A stretch of DNA of 64,000 nt from NCBI GenBank assembly GCA_030606215.1, contig JAUWGW010000003.1, positions 4,407 to 68,406 of the forward strand, given 5' to 3'. Below the pieces are notes generated by a model. That model made no database searches and was not told the DNA's origin. It worked only from the letters and a program-made list of their open reading frames with translations. Positions within the stretch are counted from its first letter, which is position 1. Each line of letters starts with the position of its first letter. The translations under genes were made by a program, and so were the position numbers. Source of the stretch: a bacterium. Lineage in GTDB: Bacteria; NPL-UPA2; JAUVJM01. Positions 62,599 to 64,000 of the stretch are shown here, piece after piece.

Positions 62599-62630
62599 CT
62601 GGGGTGGGATTTTCTCACCCCGGCTTTATT
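62599..62630 (+). terminator. Candidate Rho-independent terminator after the aldolase gene
   Basis: Stem GGGGTG (62601-62606) / CACCCC (62616-62621) with flanking pairs, followed by GGCTTTATT. The T-tract is weak. Confidence 0.35.
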
Positions 62631-62645
62631 GTGGAGCACAGTAAG

Positions 62646-63413
62646 ATGGGAGAGTCGTTCAAAAGCGGGAATATTTCTTCTGCCATAAAAGGGGTAGGGA
62701 AGAGTTTCTGGAACGCGTGGGAAGGATTGCTTTATTCTCTCTACACCCAACAGCACATGAGGTTCCATTTCTTTGTGGCGCTCCTTGTTGTAAGTTCAGC
62801 AGTTGTTCTGGAGCTTCCGCCGGTTGAAATGGCTATTCTCTCTGTGCTGATTATTCTCGTCATCAGCCTTGAAATCGTCAATACGTCTGTTGAATCTGCG
62901 ATGGACCACGTGTCGGCGGAGATGAGACCGCTTGTGAAGCGTGCGAAAGATTCGGCTGCCGGTGCGGTTCTCGTATGCTCTTTTGGGAGCGTAATTATCG
63001 CCGGCTATCTCATTCTGCCGAAGCTTGCAGCTATGCTTCAGACCGGAGTGGGGCTGGCTAAATACAGAAGCGATCTTTTATCACTCGCTGCAATAGTAGG
63101 AGCAATGGTTCTTTTTGTTGCGGTTCGCTGCGGGAAAAGAATCTCAATTGCAGTGATGTTGCTGTGCTCATGCTGCTGTGGGTTTGCCTTCTCGCACATT
63201 TGCGGAACCAGATGGCACATTCCGTCGTTCCTTGTGCTGGTTTCCGGGTCCATTATGCTCCTGACCGGGGTGGTGCGGAGCAGGGAAGAGAAAATTGCAA
63301 AAGAGCATATCAACCTGCATCCGCGTTACGATTTGCCGGTGCTCAAGTACATAGTAACTGGCGAGTTCTTGGGATTCGTTCTGTGGGTTCTACTGCTGAC
63401 CGCTAAACACTGA
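62646..63413 (+). CDS. dgkA: DgkA-family (diacylglycerol/undecaprenol kinase) domain protein with a ~140-aa extra C-terminal membrane extension
   Basis: ATG 62646 follows GGAG. HMRFHFFVA...LEIVNTSVESAMD...AKDSAAGAVL are DgkA motifs. The C-terminal half adds several hydrophobic helices and a CSCCCGF cluster. Confidence 0.65.
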   Translation: MGESFKSGNISSAIKGVGKSFWNAWEGLLYSLYTQQHMRFHFFVALLVVSSAVVLELPPVEMAILSVLIILVISLEIVNTSVESAMDHVSAEMRPLVKRAKDSAAGAVLVCSFGSVIIAGYLILPKLAAMLQTGVGLAKYRSDLLSLAAIVGAMVLFVAVRCGKRISIAVMLLCSCCCGFAFSHICGTRWHIPSFLVLVSGSIMLLTGVVRSREEKIAKEHINLHPRYDLPVLKYIVTGEFLGFVLWVLLLTAKH

Positions 63414-63438
63414 CCACTATTTCAGAGAGGGCAGGGAA

Positions 63439-64000
63439 GTGTCGAAGAAGAAATATATCCCCGTTATTGTGGCAACCTTCATCTGGATATGGCCCACGAT
63501 ACTCATCAAATTCCTGAGCCCCTATTTTGACGGTCACACTCAGAATTTCTACAGGTATCTCGCGGCTGTGGCTGTGCTTGTGCCGCTAAATTTAGCCTGT
63601 TATAGAGAGGAATTCGTACGCTCTCTGAGAAACATAAGGCAATTTTTCCTGCCAGTATTTCTCGTATTCGTATTTCAGACACTGTGGGTTAAAGGAATAT
63701 ATTTGCTCGAGCCGGCAATGGCTGCTCTGATTGCCAGGTCAAGTGTCCTGTTCGTAGCGATTTTCTCGTTCATATTCTTTGCTGATGAGAGGCGAGTTAT
63801 GCGCTCCAGAGCTTTCATAAGTGGTTCGCTTATGGCTATTGCGGGTGTTGCCGGGGTTATTGTGGGAAAAAGCGGCCTGCGGCTTGGCAGTCTTGGTCCC
63901 GGTGTTCTGATTATTCTTCTGGGGGCTATCGCCTGGGCACTATATCTGACGGCTGTCAAAAGAATCGTGAGAAACACTGACACTCTGGTGGCCGTCACTA
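63439..64000 (+). CDS. EamA/DMT-family transporter (3' partial, runs off the window)
   Basis: GTG 63439 opens an uninterrupted frame to the window end (VSKKKYIPVIVATFIWIWPTILIKF...). Repeated TM helices with an EamA-like pattern. Not in the ORF track because no stop is reached. Confidence 0.6.
   Translation, partial: MSKKKYIPVIVATFIWIWPTILIKFLSPYFDGHTQNFYRYLAAVAVLVPLNLACYREEFVRSLRNIRQFFLPVFLVFVFQTLWVKGIYLLEPAMAALIARSSVLFVAIFSFIFFADERRVMRSRAFISGSLMAIAGVAGVIVGKSGLRLGSLGPGVLIILLGAIAWALYLTAVKRIVRNTDTLVAVT

Noticed and set aside
63675-63998. 107-aa minus-strand ORF at the window end
   Set aside because: It is antisense to the open-ended EamA-like frame that starts at GTG 63439, and that frame has a convincing polytopic membrane pattern.

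Overview
All calls come from reading the sequence and the ORF track by eye. No database search, HMM, GC calculation or RNA folding was run, so family names are motif-level recognitions.

The window looks like a low-to-moderate-GC genome of an uncultured bacterium. It may belong to the PVC group or Omnitrophota, because it carries DUF1559-type pseudopilins, a PEP-CTERM protein and GTCATTCTGAG-type repeats. That taxonomic guess is low confidence. Almost every gene is on the + strand; only rpsT and one LamG/PEP-CTERM gene are on the - strand.

The window falls into four blocks:
- **1-8.1 kb, conflict-gene island.** It is visibly AT-rich. It holds a GHKL ATPase plus a STAS-like DUF4325 pair, a TM-TPR-Ig protein, a TIR/nucleoside-deoxyribosyltransferase-like protein, and a wHTH-MNT/HEPN pair translationally coupled to a PLD-nuclease/SNF2-helicase fusion.
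- **8.1-34.5 kb, housekeeping.** Genes are grpE-dnaK-dnaJ, rsmE, a VanZ-like gene, nth, an orphan MalK-like ATPase, two GAF-GGDEF cyclases, an unannotated 33-aa ultra-basic ORF, a BamD-like gene, lptE, holA, rpsT, an EF-G paralogue, yebC, ruvCAB, queA, tgt, yajC, a Panacea/RelE toxin-antitoxin insertion, secDF and recJ.
- **34.5-61.2 kb, accessory glycan-type locus.** It has PocR-AraC and LacI regulators, four Gfo/Idh/MocA oxidoreductases, a creatininase-family protein, a DegT aminotransferase and a URO-D-family protein. A cassette of pseudopilin, giant secreted glycoside-hydrolase-like protein and oxidoreductase occurs twice. The locus also has a GH4 enzyme, a GC-rich WcaF-like acetyltransferase, a non-Pyl MttB-family protein, an SGNH-like protein and carbamate kinase.
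- **61.2-64 kb.** Genes are rpmB, a LacD-like aldolase, an extended DgkA and a partial EamA transporter.

Two intergenic repeat families are present: a roughly 190-210 bp MITE-like palindromic element and a GTCATTCTGAG palindrome. Both create false N-terminal ORF extensions. I recognised no rRNA, tRNA, CRISPR array, integrase or transposase.

The best candidates for an undescribed system are the MNT-HEPN-PLD/SNF2 operon and the neighbouring TIR/NDT-like and GHKL/STAS modules.
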